This document shows positions 16,474 to 25,613 of a DNA stretch of 64,000 nucleotides, piece by piece. The stretch's first letter is position 1, and each line of letters begins with the position of its first letter. This DNA is from an uncultured Candidatus Saccharibacteria bacterium (GTDB lineage Bacteria; Patescibacteriota; UBA1384; DTJR01), in assembly GCA_964487045.1 (NCBI GenBank), contig CAZAOT010000003.1:72983-136982 (forward strand). Reading direction: 5' to 3'. The notes under the pieces are model-generated. The model searched no databases. It was not told where the DNA came from and saw nothing but the letters and a program-made list of their open reading frames with translations. A program made the position numbers and the translations under genes.

Positions 16474-17739
16474 GTGGACAAAGAAGCGATCCAAGGCGCC
16501 CGCAGGGCGCTTCTGCTCAAGAAGCTTGAAGTAGCATCAACGACCAAGGAATGCACCCTTGCGTTCCAGGGTCTCAAGCTCTACAGAGATGACCTTTCGA
16601 TTGTCGCCACTCGTAAGAGAGCGATTGAGCTCGCAGCTTCGGCAGGCGACATGGATGAGGTTCGTCGCTTTCCGTATGATGTGGGTATCTTCTCTCTGGG
16701 AGATCAGGCTTCCGAGTTCTTTCGTAAGGCCATGCTGCTTTGCAGGCCTGAAGAAGTATACGACTTCACAGGCAACTTCGGCTATTACGCCGATGAAGTT
16801 GTTAGCTTCCTTGTCGAGGGGCTTACCGATCCGCTCAAGCTGACTCGACTAGCGATGCGACTCGGAGCGGAGGGTCTGCTTGAGCGCGGACAGGAAGTGA
16901 TCGCTCGGGCTGCTGAACTGGCTGCAAGCTGGGAAGTGTGCGGTTATGTCGGGACGATACACTATGCGCCGCTTCCGACAGGGTTTCTGACCATGGCCGT
17001 CCTTCTCGCTGAGGGGCAGAAGGGTTACGATGCTCCTCTCGAAGTTTGTGGGTGGATGAAGGCTTCGCTCAACGACCCGCTCGAATTCAGACAAGCAGCG
17101 GCTGTTGCCGAGCTGCTTGATGCGCCAAACAAGCGTATCAGGCGGGTAGCCGGAGAGCGGATCAGGCAGGCTTACCAGGAGAAACTGAGCGGCCAAGATG
17201 GCGACTTCTATATCCAAAGCGCCTGGAACGTCGTTTGCGATGCCCGCGATGCGCTTCCGGAACTGGCTGCAGAGCTGACCGCTGATCTCGTGGTGCGTCT
17301 GACAGATGCGGTACCAGCCTGTCAGGACTTTTCGGAGGCAAAGTCGCATCTTGAAGTCGCTTCCGCAATGGAGGACTTCGGGATCGATGGAGTCTACTGG
17401 CCGGCAGCCATGCGTGCGATGGAGCTGGCAGAGGGCTGTGATGATATCCTGGCGTTGGTGCGCCTTGGCATTCATGTCCAGGAGCTCACCGAGGCTGTCC
17501 TGGTAATGGCTGCAACCGAAGATGATATCATTGCAGTCATACAGCGCAACCCGAACTTCTCTGGTGAGTGGACGTTGCCTCTTTGCGAGCGGATCTTCGA
17601 CTATCGGCGCCAGAGGGCGCAGACGATCGAGGACTTCATGATTCTGCATCACCTGACCAAGGACCCGGTCAAACTGGCCGAGGTCGAGGATCGCATCCAG
17701 GAGCTCATCGCTCCATACCATACCGAGCCTGAGGAGTAA
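16474..17739 (+). CDS. hypothetical all-alpha protein (G+C-rich)
   Basis: GTG start at 16474, 6 nt after AGGGAGG (the track used TTG at 16450). Terminator follows. The opposite-strand ORF 16849..17754 is a shadow. Confidence 0.55.
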   Translation: MDKEAIQGARRALLLKKLEVASTTKECTLAFQGLKLYRDDLSIVATRKRAIELAASAGDMDEVRRFPYDVGIFSLGDQASEFFRKAMLLCRPEEVYDFTGNFGYYADEVVSFLVEGLTDPLKLTRLAMRLGAEGLLERGQEVIARAAELAASWEVCGYVGTIHYAPLPTGFLTMAVLLAEGQKGYDAPLEVCGWMKASLNDPLEFRQAAAVAELLDAPNKRIRRVAGERIRQAYQEKLSGQDGDFYIQSAWNVVCDARDALPELAAELTADLVVRLTDAVPACQDFSEAKSHLEVASAMEDFGIDGVYWPAAMRAMELAEGCDDILALVRLGIHVQELTEAVLVMAATEDDIIAVIQRNPNFSGEWTLPLCERIFDYRRQRAQTIEDFMILHHLTKDPVKLAEVEDRIQELIAPYHTEPEE

Positions 17740-17765
17740 CTTCCCCTGGTTCATGGCTCTACAAC

Positions 17766-17800
17766 GGCTCCCGGCCTAGTGCTTGGGAGCCGTTTTCTTT
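17766..17800 (+). terminator. Rho-independent terminator
   Basis: GGCTCCC-ggcctagtgctt-GGGAGCC followed by GTTTTCTTT. Confidence 0.65.
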
Positions 17801-17852
17801 ACCCTATTACCTTGACAAATGATTCTGATCAGCTAGAATCATACTCGTCTAT

Positions 17853-18962
17853 ATGGATAATATTCTCGAGCCTCCCAGTACGCATAGGCGAGGCCTAAAA
17901 ATAAATAGAATACGACAAAGCGCTCCAAGCGCTTTTGCCGGTTTTGGATTAAAAATCCTCAATAATTTGGAAAACTTGCGTCTATCGATCAGGAAACTGA
18001 TCTTTTTTATTAGGGGTCATATTATTTCGTTTAAAGAATTTGCTAAATTGCACGGTGTTAACCGCTCGCTTGCTTATAAATTTGCGATTGTAGCGGCCAT
18101 TGCACTTCTTCCAGTTCTCTCTAAAGTCACAGCTGAAGATCAGGCTTATGAAGATGTAATTCACTATAGTCAGACAATTGACCCGGTTGAGTCTGCTCGA
18201 TTCGCAGTTTATTTTTCCGGCTATACTCCTGGGCTTTATATTGATGCCGACCAAGTTGCCCTAAATGCAGTTACTAATAACGAGTCATATACTCTGGAGC
18301 AGCAGTTAGCGGTGAATCAAGGTAAGGATTACGCGGTTGAGGGTCGTCAGGAACCGACATATGTTCTAAAATCAGGCGAAACGATTGCTGACGTTGCTTC
18401 TAAGTTTGACTTACATGTCGGAACTCTAGTTGATGCCAACGGACTTGATCCGGTGAATTTGAAGAATGTGAGACCAGGTACAACCTTGATGATTCCTTCA
18501 TCGGATACCAATACTTCAAATGACTGGCTGATTGCAATCAACAAAGATGAAGCTGAGAAGAAGCAAAAAGCGGCTGAGGAAGCAGCCAAAAAGAAAGCGG
18601 AACAGGCCAAGAAGGTAGCTTCAGCGAGCAACAATGTAACAGCTACTGGAACGGTTGCCGGAGCAACGACAAGAAGGCAGGTCAGTTCTGAAGTGACCGT
18701 TATCGGAACTTCTTATTCACAGTGTGTTCCTTGGGCGAGAGAAAATTCCGGAATTGCAATTCAAGGATATGCGGGCAATATTTCTGCTACTCAATCAGAG
18801 CCGAGGGTTGGGGGAGTAGCTCTTGATCGATTTTATGGCCATGCCTCGGTGGTAGTAGAGGTTGGCTCTGATTATATAGTTGTACATGAAGCCAACTGGA
18901 TCCATGGCAAGATTACCAAAAGAAAAGTTTCTAAAGATGCTATCCGCGGATACGTGTATTAG
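17853..18962 (+). CDS. LysM + CHAP-domain peptidoglycan hydrolase, membrane-anchored
   Basis: LysM segment (YVLKSGETIADVASKFDLHVGTLVDANGL). C-terminal CHAP Cys/His region (QCVPWAREN...GHASVVVEV...HEANW). Promoter TTGACA-16-TAGAAT upstream. Confidence 0.8.
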   Translation: MDNILEPPSTHRRGLKINRIRQSAPSAFAGFGLKILNNLENLRLSIRKLIFFIRGHIISFKEFAKLHGVNRSLAYKFAIVAAIALLPVLSKVTAEDQAYEDVIHYSQTIDPVESARFAVYFSGYTPGLYIDADQVALNAVTNNESYTLEQQLAVNQGKDYAVEGRQEPTYVLKSGETIADVASKFDLHVGTLVDANGLDPVNLKNVRPGTTLMIPSSDTNTSNDWLIAINKDEAEKKQKAAEEAAKKKAEQAKKVASASNNVTATGTVAGATTRRQVSSEVTVIGTSYSQCVPWARENSGIAIQGYAGNISATQSEPRVGGVALDRFYGHASVVVEVGSDYIVVHEANWIHGKITKRKVSKDAIRGYVY

Positions 18963-19009
18963 TAAGTTTTCAGTAAAAATTAAGAAATTACCTGGTATAA
19001 TCAAGCTCG

Positions 19010-20209
19010 ATGAAAAAAATTGCTTTAAGTTTACTTGCGATATTTGTATTATTTTCTTTTGTTGCAATTAAGCCAGTTCTAGCCGAGGATAGCCAAAATA
19101 CGATAAAGATCTATGAATTTTGGAGTAAATATTGTCCTCACTGCAAGGCCGAAAATGAATTTTTAACTAAGATTTCTAAGGAGAGAGGGGACTTTGAAGT
19201 AATTTCTTATGAAGTTACCTCAGATCAAGGTAGCGCAGCTTTATTTAAAAAATTCTCCGATGCGTGTGGTAACAAGGGCTATGGTGTCCCAGCGCTCTAT
19301 ATTGGAGATCGATCGGTAATAGGATTTGAGAGTGCCGAAACAACGGGTAAGGAGATCGTTACGGTGCTTGATTCATTTAAAGGCAAAGATTATCCAGATC
19401 CACTGAAAATTGTCGAGAGTGGGGGAGGCTTCAAGTCGGGGAGTGAGCTCTGCAGCAAAGAATCTATTGAGACAAAAAGAAAAATTCCGCTACTTGGCGA
19501 GGTGGATTTAGCTAAATTTTCTGCACCGGCTTTAGCGGTGGTTCTTGGAACGGTCGATGGATTTAACCCATGCGCAATGTGGGCGCTAGTGGCTCTGCTT
19601 ACTCTGCTCGTCTCGCTTGGTAGCCGAAAAAGGTTATTACTGGTCGGAGGTACTTTCCTAATCACCTCTTGGCTGATCACCTTCTTCTTCTTGTCGGCCT
19701 TTATGAATGCATTTACATTTGTAAAATTTGATTTAGCGATGAGGATTGTGATTGGGGTTGTAGCGATCTATACCTCATATCAATTATTTAAAAGTTATCA
19801 GAAAGAAACCGAAGAGTGTAAAGTTAATTCAGGCAAGGGAAGAATTTATAAACAGATAGAAAAGCTCTCTAGCTCCAAGGTGATCCCCTTCTTGATCTTT
19901 GGTGCGATCGCTCTTGCGCTGATGGTCAATGTCGTAGAATTTATGTGCTCGATCAATCTTCCGGTTGTTTTCACTAAAGTTCTCTCAATGGTGAATGTTA
20001 GTCCTCTGGGACGATATCTGTATATCGCTCTGTACGACGTTTTTTATATGCTCGACGATATCATCGTATTCTTGATCGCTCTTTTCTCGATGAAGGCTTT
20101 TACTGGATTTAATCAAAAATACACCCGTTTTACGAAATTAGTGGGTGCTATCGTGATGTTTATTTTGGCTGTGATGTTACTGTTCTTTCCGAGGCTATTG
20201 GCGTTTTAG
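19010..20209 (+). CDS. thioredoxin-fold domain fused to a DsbD/CcdA-like membrane thiol:disulfide transporter
   Basis: Signal peptide; CPHC thioredoxin motif; TM domain with a conserved Cys in NPCAMW. Confidence 0.8.
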   Translation: MKKIALSLLAIFVLFSFVAIKPVLAEDSQNTIKIYEFWSKYCPHCKAENEFLTKISKERGDFEVISYEVTSDQGSAALFKKFSDACGNKGYGVPALYIGDRSVIGFESAETTGKEIVTVLDSFKGKDYPDPLKIVESGGGFKSGSELCSKESIETKRKIPLLGEVDLAKFSAPALAVVLGTVDGFNPCAMWALVALLTLLVSLGSRKRLLLVGGTFLITSWLITFFFLSAFMNAFTFVKFDLAMRIVIGVVAIYTSYQLFKSYQKETEECKVNSGKGRIYKQIEKLSSSKVIPFLIFGAIALALMVNVVEFMCSINLPVVFTKVLSMVNVSPLGRYLYIALYDVFYMLDDIIVFLIALFSMKAFTGFNQKYTRFTKLVGAIVMFILAVMLLFFPRLLAF

Positions 20210-20476
20210 TACTATCTTAAAAATTTTTATTTATTATTTTCAATTTTTAATTGATTGGCCCATTTAGCTATTGAAATATTTAAAATAAGTCAATAACTCA
20301 ATCAATAACAAATATAAAATATTAAATCTTAAATAAAGAGAAGCGCATGATGTGCTTCTCTTCTTCCCGAAGTTGTTATCGTTCTAACATTGACTTGTCT
20401 GCTGATTTTGTCTAATATCTGCTTATCGGAGGCTTTGATCCTTCGGTATTTCTTCAAATCGGCAGGAGGGAGCGTC

Positions 20477-20851
20477 ATGCCGAGGGATTCGATTCTCTAC
20501 GAAAAAGCCAGGGCGAGGTGGGAGTATGCTTCACATCTTCCATCTCGCAGTACAGTCAGGCAGTATTCGCTCAAGTGTTTCGCATTAGTATACCCGGTCG
20601 AAGTTTTGCGGGAATACTGGCGTGTAGACGCGTTGTCGCGCCAGAGTCTAATGGTATCGTCTCACAGCTTTGCCCCTTCTCCCGCTGAACTTGCAGCCAT
20701 GGCAGAAGGGCGTGACCGTAATGAACGGCGCGCAAATCAAGCCAGGGCGAGACTCGAAAGGATGGCGACGGAGCACGGGGTGGACCTAGATGCGATGGCT
20801 GATGATATCGCATTCGTTTGGCACAACTGGAGTCTGCTTGAGCTCGAGTAG
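20477..20851 (+). CDS. hypothetical protein (G+C-rich)
   Basis: AGGAGGGAG RBS before the ATG at 20477; promoter TTGACT-17-TAATAT at ~20387-20415; terminator follows. Confidence 0.45.
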   Translation: MPRDSILYEKARARWEYASHLPSRSTVRQYSLKCFALVYPVEVLREYWRVDALSRQSLMVSSHSFAPSPAELAAMAEGRDRNERRANQARARLERMATEHGVDLDAMADDIAFVWHNWSLLELE

Positions 20852-20861
20852 CTCAAACCAG

Positions 20862-20900
20862 TTGCGTCTCAAGGCGAGCGCTATGCGTTCGCCTTCATTT
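20862..20900 (+). terminator. Rho-independent terminator
   Basis: AAGGCGA-gcgctatgcg-TTCGCCTT followed by CATTTTT. Confidence 0.6.
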
Positions 20901-20918
20901 TTAGTAGATGATAAAAAG

Positions 20919-21434
20919 TTATATTCTTCTTCTGGAGCTTAGAATAACAATTACGATAATCGGTGCGAGGAGCCAAAGGGTATAATAATCTTTTAGGAAA
21001 TGAACGAAGTGAGTTTGGGAGATAATTTGTGCTTGTGAGGCATCTGGCATGTATTTAAAGATTGTGGCAGAGATTAAAATGCCAGTAATGACTGAATAGA
21101 AGAAGGTCTCGAGCGGTGCCATTAAGGAGTGATCTCTTCCTACTGAGATATCAGCTTTAGAGGCTACCAAGGATACTACGAGCAGAAATAATACTATTTT
21201 GATTGTTGCTGGCGATGCGTCAGAAGTGATCCAGGTATTAGCAACGGTGAGCTTGCCTTCAAAAAACTGCTTGATCGGGTCCGCCCATACCGAAACGATC
21301 ACCATTCCCATATAACAGGCTAGAAGAGCGGACATAATCTTGTCCCGCTGCATCATAAAACCATATAAAACGGTGATAGCAACAAATATACCTAAAAACA
21401 AATCCCAAGTTGGTACGGTTGACGCTACTTGAAT
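20919..21434 (-). CDS. integral membrane protein; start codon uncertain, possibly ATT at 21434
   Basis: The track ORF (to 21476) reads through the conserved leader motif. By analogy with 12478, the start should be 5 nt after GGAGCGGAGG, where the codon is ATT. The next in-frame TTG is at 21401. Confidence 0.45.
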   Translation of the reverse strand: MQVASTVPTWDLFLGIFVAITVLYGFMMQRDKIMSALLACYMGMVIVSVWADPIKQFFEGKLTVANTWITSDASPATIKIVLFLLVVSLVASKADISVGRDHSLMAPLETFFYSVITGILISATIFKYMPDASQAQIISQTHFVHFLKDYYTLWLLAPIIVIVILSSRRRI

Positions 21435-21439
21435 ATTCC

Positions 21440-21487
21440 CCTCCGCTCCGTGAATTGCGCTCTTCGTCGGAAGCAATTCCGGAAGCC
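21440..21487 (-). promoter_or_regulatory. Second copy of the conserved leader motif (GGGGCTTCCGG-GAATTGC..GCAATTC-GGAGCGGAGG)
   Basis: Near-identical to 12424..12473. Confidence 0.5.
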
Positions 21488-21620
21488 CCGCATCAATTCA
21501 CGAAGCGAAACACGAATGAATAATTCGAGTGGAGCATTCGAGAATTCGGTGCTGGGGCATTTCATTATTTTCCCTAACAAAAACATTATACCAAATTCTT
21601 ATATAACTTTTACAATAGTG

Positions 21621-23942
21621 CTATTTAGATTCAATAAATATTGGTGATTGAGTGATGTTTATTGATTTTGAATTGGCTTCTTTTATGTTGCCTAGCTTGT
21701 CGGTTATTGTAACTAGTCCGCTTAAAACGCTGGATAGATCGATATCTGTAGAACAAGTTCGATCTTCATATCTCCATGCTTTGTTGATCTCGTTGTGAGC
21801 ATCGCTGTCTGTTGGGTTTTTAACATTCCAATACGGTTCACACCAAGCAGAGTATTTTTTCTTACCATCGTTGTCGGTAATTTTTATGATAAATAACGGG
21901 TTAACTTCCTCGTGGTTATTTGCAGGTTTCTGGATAAATTCAATTTTTGAAGCATATTTTATATTATTAGCTAAGATCCTATATGCATCAAATGATAACT
22001 TTTTCTGATAACCGTTATTTTGAATCGAATATATACCTTTTAGGAGGTGGTGGCATAATGAATTCTGATTGTTGATTTCGTAATATCCTTCGGAATTTGT
22101 TTGAGATGGGCACGTTCTTTCTTGTATTGTGTCAGCAGAACTATTGCGATATCCATTCCATGATAATCCGCTTATCCCAAGCGATGAAATTGTTAAAAAT
22201 CTTTTAATTAGATCATCTGATTGAAAATTTTGCGAAAATGTCATCGAAAAACCAGTTGCTACACCATTATTATCATCGATATATTTACTATCGCTTGGAG
22301 ACCCGATTTCTGTAGCGAATATTGGCTTATTGCAATTATTTCTTCCTGAGCAAAGGGTGTCGTAAATTTCCATATTTTTCTGCGTTCTATCCCAATATTG
22401 TGTATAGCCCATGAATCTATTTGGATGAAGGTTGATATGAAATTCATGAGCATCGACAAAGTTATTGTATGAATTTTGTTTTAATACTTCGAAATATGAA
22501 AGGTTATTCATACTAGTCTTGTCCGGGTTCATAAATCCGGCGCTTACCACCCGACAGTCACTGCACATTTTTTTGACAACTGAGCGCAGGCCCTGGCTGA
22601 GATCATAAGCTACTCCTTCATAAATGACTTGCTCTCCCTCCAGGCTAGCTAGTATATTTCCTTGAGTATCTTTGTATGAGCCTGTAGTGATAAGCGAAAG
22701 TGCTTCTGCCGGTATGCCAAAGGCGCTGTCGGAATTAAAGTTGCCATCGGGTTCGTTCCATATTTGCCAATACTTGATGCTATCTTTATATAAATTAAGT
22801 CTAGGTAAAACCATTCCCTTAAAATAATGCTCTCTTACTAATGCCTCTAACTTATTCCAGTCGGCGTTTGCTGGTCGAGTGTTGATATTCCCGTTTGGAG
22901 AATACCCACTATATAGCCTAATATCTTGCCTAACCTTGTCGTAATGTGTATATTTTTGTCCTGAACTGTCCAGAATATCGCTACCCCTATCGGTTTGAAT
23001 TGTAATTCGAGGGAGGAAGTTTCCCATCAAAATCCGTCCATCTCGTTTAAAATTTTGGGCGGCAGCTAGGTCATTATTTCTTTCTGATCTTTTTTCGTCA
23101 AAGTTGATATATCTTAAAAAATTTACTTGTAGCTCTGAAATGTCGCTAGTGAAATTTGTTCCTTGGGTGTCAGTATTGAGTACGGGGGAAGGGTTGAACC
23201 CAATTAAATATTTACGATTTAAGTATGATTCAGATGCATCTGATATTTCTGTTATTTTTACATTTGGCGTAAAGAAATAAACCCAAACATTAGATGCGCT
23301 AGTCAGTCTCTGAGCGTTATATTCGTTTGCAATTGTAATCTTTTTAAAAACAATTGACTTATTTTCGCTAACTGCGCTGTAAATATTTGAAGAAATTGCT
23401 TTTTGATCAATAAGGGCATCTGCTGAGAAGATATTTCCACTGGATAATTTAAAGCTGGTTTTTTTAAGGAAATCCTGTTTTGTTTCTGGCTTAGAGGGAG
23501 AAACTATATGCCAACCAGGTCGATAGTTACTCTGAATATTAGATAGAGTTGTTTTATTTATCTTTGGAAAAGTCCGACCAGAATTTTTATTATATGTTAG
23601 ATATGAGAGTTTAGGATTTAGGCCAATATCTGAGATACAGGGCATCTCCTGAACTACGGCATAACCCTGGCAGTTATTTGATAGATAAGTCCACCCGGTG
23701 TTGTTAGTATTTGGATCGTTGTAAGTGTATATTAAAACGCCTGAATCAAGAACCTCTCTTTGCGTAATAGAATTTAGATCCTGCCCGTTTATCACGCTCC
23801 ACCCAGGTGGAATAGATACAGAGTTGGAGTCTGAATCAGCAAAGATATTGTTTTTTAACAAGAAATGAATCCCGATTAAAAGAATTAGGACGACAGAAGC
23901 CAATAAAACCGATTTCCTAAAAATTTTCTTTTTAACTATCAC
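21621..23942 (-). CDS. secreted glycoside hydrolase, clan GH-A (GH5/GH39-like), N-terminal membrane anchor
   Basis: WQIWNEPD (acid/base Glu in NEP) and IFATEIGSP (nucleophile Glu), with spacing appropriate for a (beta/alpha)8 GH-A fold. Confidence 0.65.
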   Translation of the reverse strand: MIVKKKIFRKSVLLASVVLILLIGIHFLLKNNIFADSDSNSVSIPPGWSVINGQDLNSITQREVLDSGVLIYTYNDPNTNNTGWTYLSNNCQGYAVVQEMPCISDIGLNPKLSYLTYNKNSGRTFPKINKTTLSNIQSNYRPGWHIVSPSKPETKQDFLKKTSFKLSSGNIFSADALIDQKAISSNIYSAVSENKSIVFKKITIANEYNAQRLTSASNVWVYFFTPNVKITEISDASESYLNRKYLIGFNPSPVLNTDTQGTNFTSDISELQVNFLRYINFDEKRSERNNDLAAAQNFKRDGRILMGNFLPRITIQTDRGSDILDSSGQKYTHYDKVRQDIRLYSGYSPNGNINTRPANADWNKLEALVREHYFKGMVLPRLNLYKDSIKYWQIWNEPDGNFNSDSAFGIPAEALSLITTGSYKDTQGNILASLEGEQVIYEGVAYDLSQGLRSVVKKMCSDCRVVSAGFMNPDKTSMNNLSYFEVLKQNSYNNFVDAHEFHINLHPNRFMGYTQYWDRTQKNMEIYDTLCSGRNNCNKPIFATEIGSPSDSKYIDDNNGVATGFSMTFSQNFQSDDLIKRFLTISSLGISGLSWNGYRNSSADTIQERTCPSQTNSEGYYEINNQNSLCHHLLKGIYSIQNNGYQKKLSFDAYRILANNIKYASKIEFIQKPANNHEEVNPLFIIKITDNDGKKKYSAWCEPYWNVKNPTDSDAHNEINKAWRYEDRTCSTDIDLSSVLSGLVTITDKLGNIKEANSKSINITQSPIFIESK

Positions 23943-23966
23943 TTATCTAATAGTAACAGACTAGAT

Positions 23967-24599
23967 TTATCTCTGCCACCAAGATGATTTCTTTTGTTTA
24001 TCGAGATCTTTGAGCTTTTGCCATAAATCTTTTTGTTCTTTAGTAAGACGCTCTGGGAAACGGATTCTAATAATTATAATTAAATCACCTTTCTGACCAT
24101 TTCTGGTTGCTCGTCCTTTTTCTTTGATTCGGTATTGTGTTCCGTCTTGAGTCCCAGGATGTATCTGGAGGGTGATTTTCTCGTCCCCTACTTGAAGGTC
24201 GAATTCATCTCCAAGTACAGCTTGGGCAGGAGAGATTTCAACTTCTGCTTGTACGGTAGCGAAAGCATTTGAAAAAAAGTCTCCGAAAATGTCGCCTAAG
24301 CCACCCATATTGCCAAAATTGAATTCAAAACCTTCACCGCCAAAGTCATAACCACCAGATTGATAACCACTAAATCCGCCTTGGCCGCCGCTACCAGAGA
24401 AGCCACTTTGGCCAAAACGATCATATTGGGCTCTTTTTTGGGGATCGGAAAGAACCTGGTATGCTTCGTTAATTTTTTTAAATTCGGCCTCATCGCCTCC
24501 TTTATCCGGATGATGCTTCAAAGCAAGCTTTCGATAAGCTTTTTTTATCTCGTCTGCGGAGGCGTTTTTGTCTATGCCGAGTAGTTTGTAGTAATCCAT
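23967..24599 (-). CDS. J-domain co-chaperone, short DnaJ/CbpA-like form lacking the zinc-finger domain
   Basis: J domain with HPD (YYKLLGI...[12 protein letters not shown]), a Gly/Phe-rich linker, then only a short C-terminal domain; 210 aa. Confidence 0.85.
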   Translation of the reverse strand: MDYYKLLGIDKNASADEIKKAYRKLALKHHPDKGGDEAEFKKINEAYQVLSDPQKRAQYDRFGQSGFSGSGGQGGFSGYQSGGYDFGGEGFEFNFGNMGGLGDIFGDFFSNAFATVQAEVEISPAQAVLGDEFDLQVGDEKITLQIHPGTQDGTQYRIKEKGRATRNGQKGDLIIIIRIRFPERLTKEQKDLWQKLKDLDKQKKSSWWQR

Positions 24600-24708
24600 T
24601 TTTATATTATTTTTGGGTGTTAAAATTAATTAATCCGCATCTGCGGATAACCTACTGCCAAAGCTAATTTTACCTATTTAGGAGCGGGATGTAAAGAGGG
24701 CTTTACTT

Positions 24709-25512
24709 TTAGAACATATCTTCTTGACGGGTAGGGGTCTCGCTTAGCAACGCCTGAGCAGTTGAAGTTGCAGTGGCCTGAGCATTGGCCGCTACTGATC
24801 CAGAAACTGATGGCTGAGTGTTTAGAATCTCATTAGCAGCGGTATTTCCGGCATTATCGATAACATTTATGCTCCAGCCAGTATCCATAGGATAAAGCTT
24901 AGTCTGAGCAATTATTCCAGGATCGATGAGTTTAAATTTCTCAGTCTGAGTAAATTGCTCATAAGCTGCTGAGAATAGATTTAAGCTACCCGTTTGGTTT
25001 GTCTGACACTTAAGATCGGATGCAATGTCACGTCTAGCGATAAAACTTCTAGTTTTTTTAACCGAACCATAGGAATTAAGTTCAACTAACCAATAATAAT
25101 CCTTAGAAAAATCGTCGTTATAGAATAGGAAACCCTGAATATTCTGGCTTGTTAATTGTGCGCCGTAGAATGTAATAATCGTTCCACAATATTTTGCTCC
25201 ACCCTTTAAAGCTCTCTGCGCGTCTTCTAGGGCTAATTGATAATTTGTCTTGTAAGTATCGTCAATTTGAGTCTTCTCTTCGACAAAACTATCAATTTGC
25301 TGATAGCTTTTAGGCTGACTAGAATTCTGATTGCTTGCATTAGAAACGGAGGAGCTTGTCGCCGTTGCCGCCAGGCTGCCGGCTGCAGCAGGCAGAGCTT
25401 CAGAAGCAATATTAGAACTATTAACCTTGGACGTCGTATCTGATTTTTTAGTGCAGGCGCTCAAAGAAAGCGATATCACTACTACAGCAAAAACAAACAC
25501 AAATTTTTTCAT
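24709..25512 (-). CDS. lipoprotein, function unknown
   Basis: Signal peptide with lipobox LSLSAC; Ser/Thr/Ala-rich linker. Confidence 0.7.
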   Translation of the reverse strand: MKKFVFVFAVVVISLSLSACTKKSDTTSKVNSSNIASEALPAAAGSLAATATSSSVSNASNQNSSQPKSYQQIDSFVEEKTQIDDTYKTNYQLALEDAQRALKGGAKYCGTIITFYGAQLTSQNIQGFLFYNDDFSKDYYWLVELNSYGSVKKTRSFIARRDIASDLKCQTNQTGSLNLFSAAYEQFTQTEKFKLIDPGIIAQTKLYPMDTGWSINVIDNAGNTAANEILNTQPSVSGSVAANAQATATSTAQALLSETPTRQEDMF

Positions 25513-25613
25513 TATTTATATTCTACCAAAAGACCCCGGAACCTGCACACGGCCTGGAAGCGGCTACAACCAGCTCGATAATGCAGGATTCCGGGGTCTT
25601 TCTTTTAAAGAAC

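Noticed and set aside
16849-17754. 301-aa minus-strand ORF
   Set aside because: Antisense to the 16474..17739 gene, which is co-directional with its neighbours, has an RBS and is followed by a terminator; no RBS for the minus frame.
20338-20362. Hairpin GAGAAGCGCA-TGA-TGTGCTTCTC as a terminator
   Set aside because: There is no adjacent T-run on the + strand, and no minus-strand gene ends near it; it may instead be part of the 20477 gene's promoter region. Not reported as a feature.
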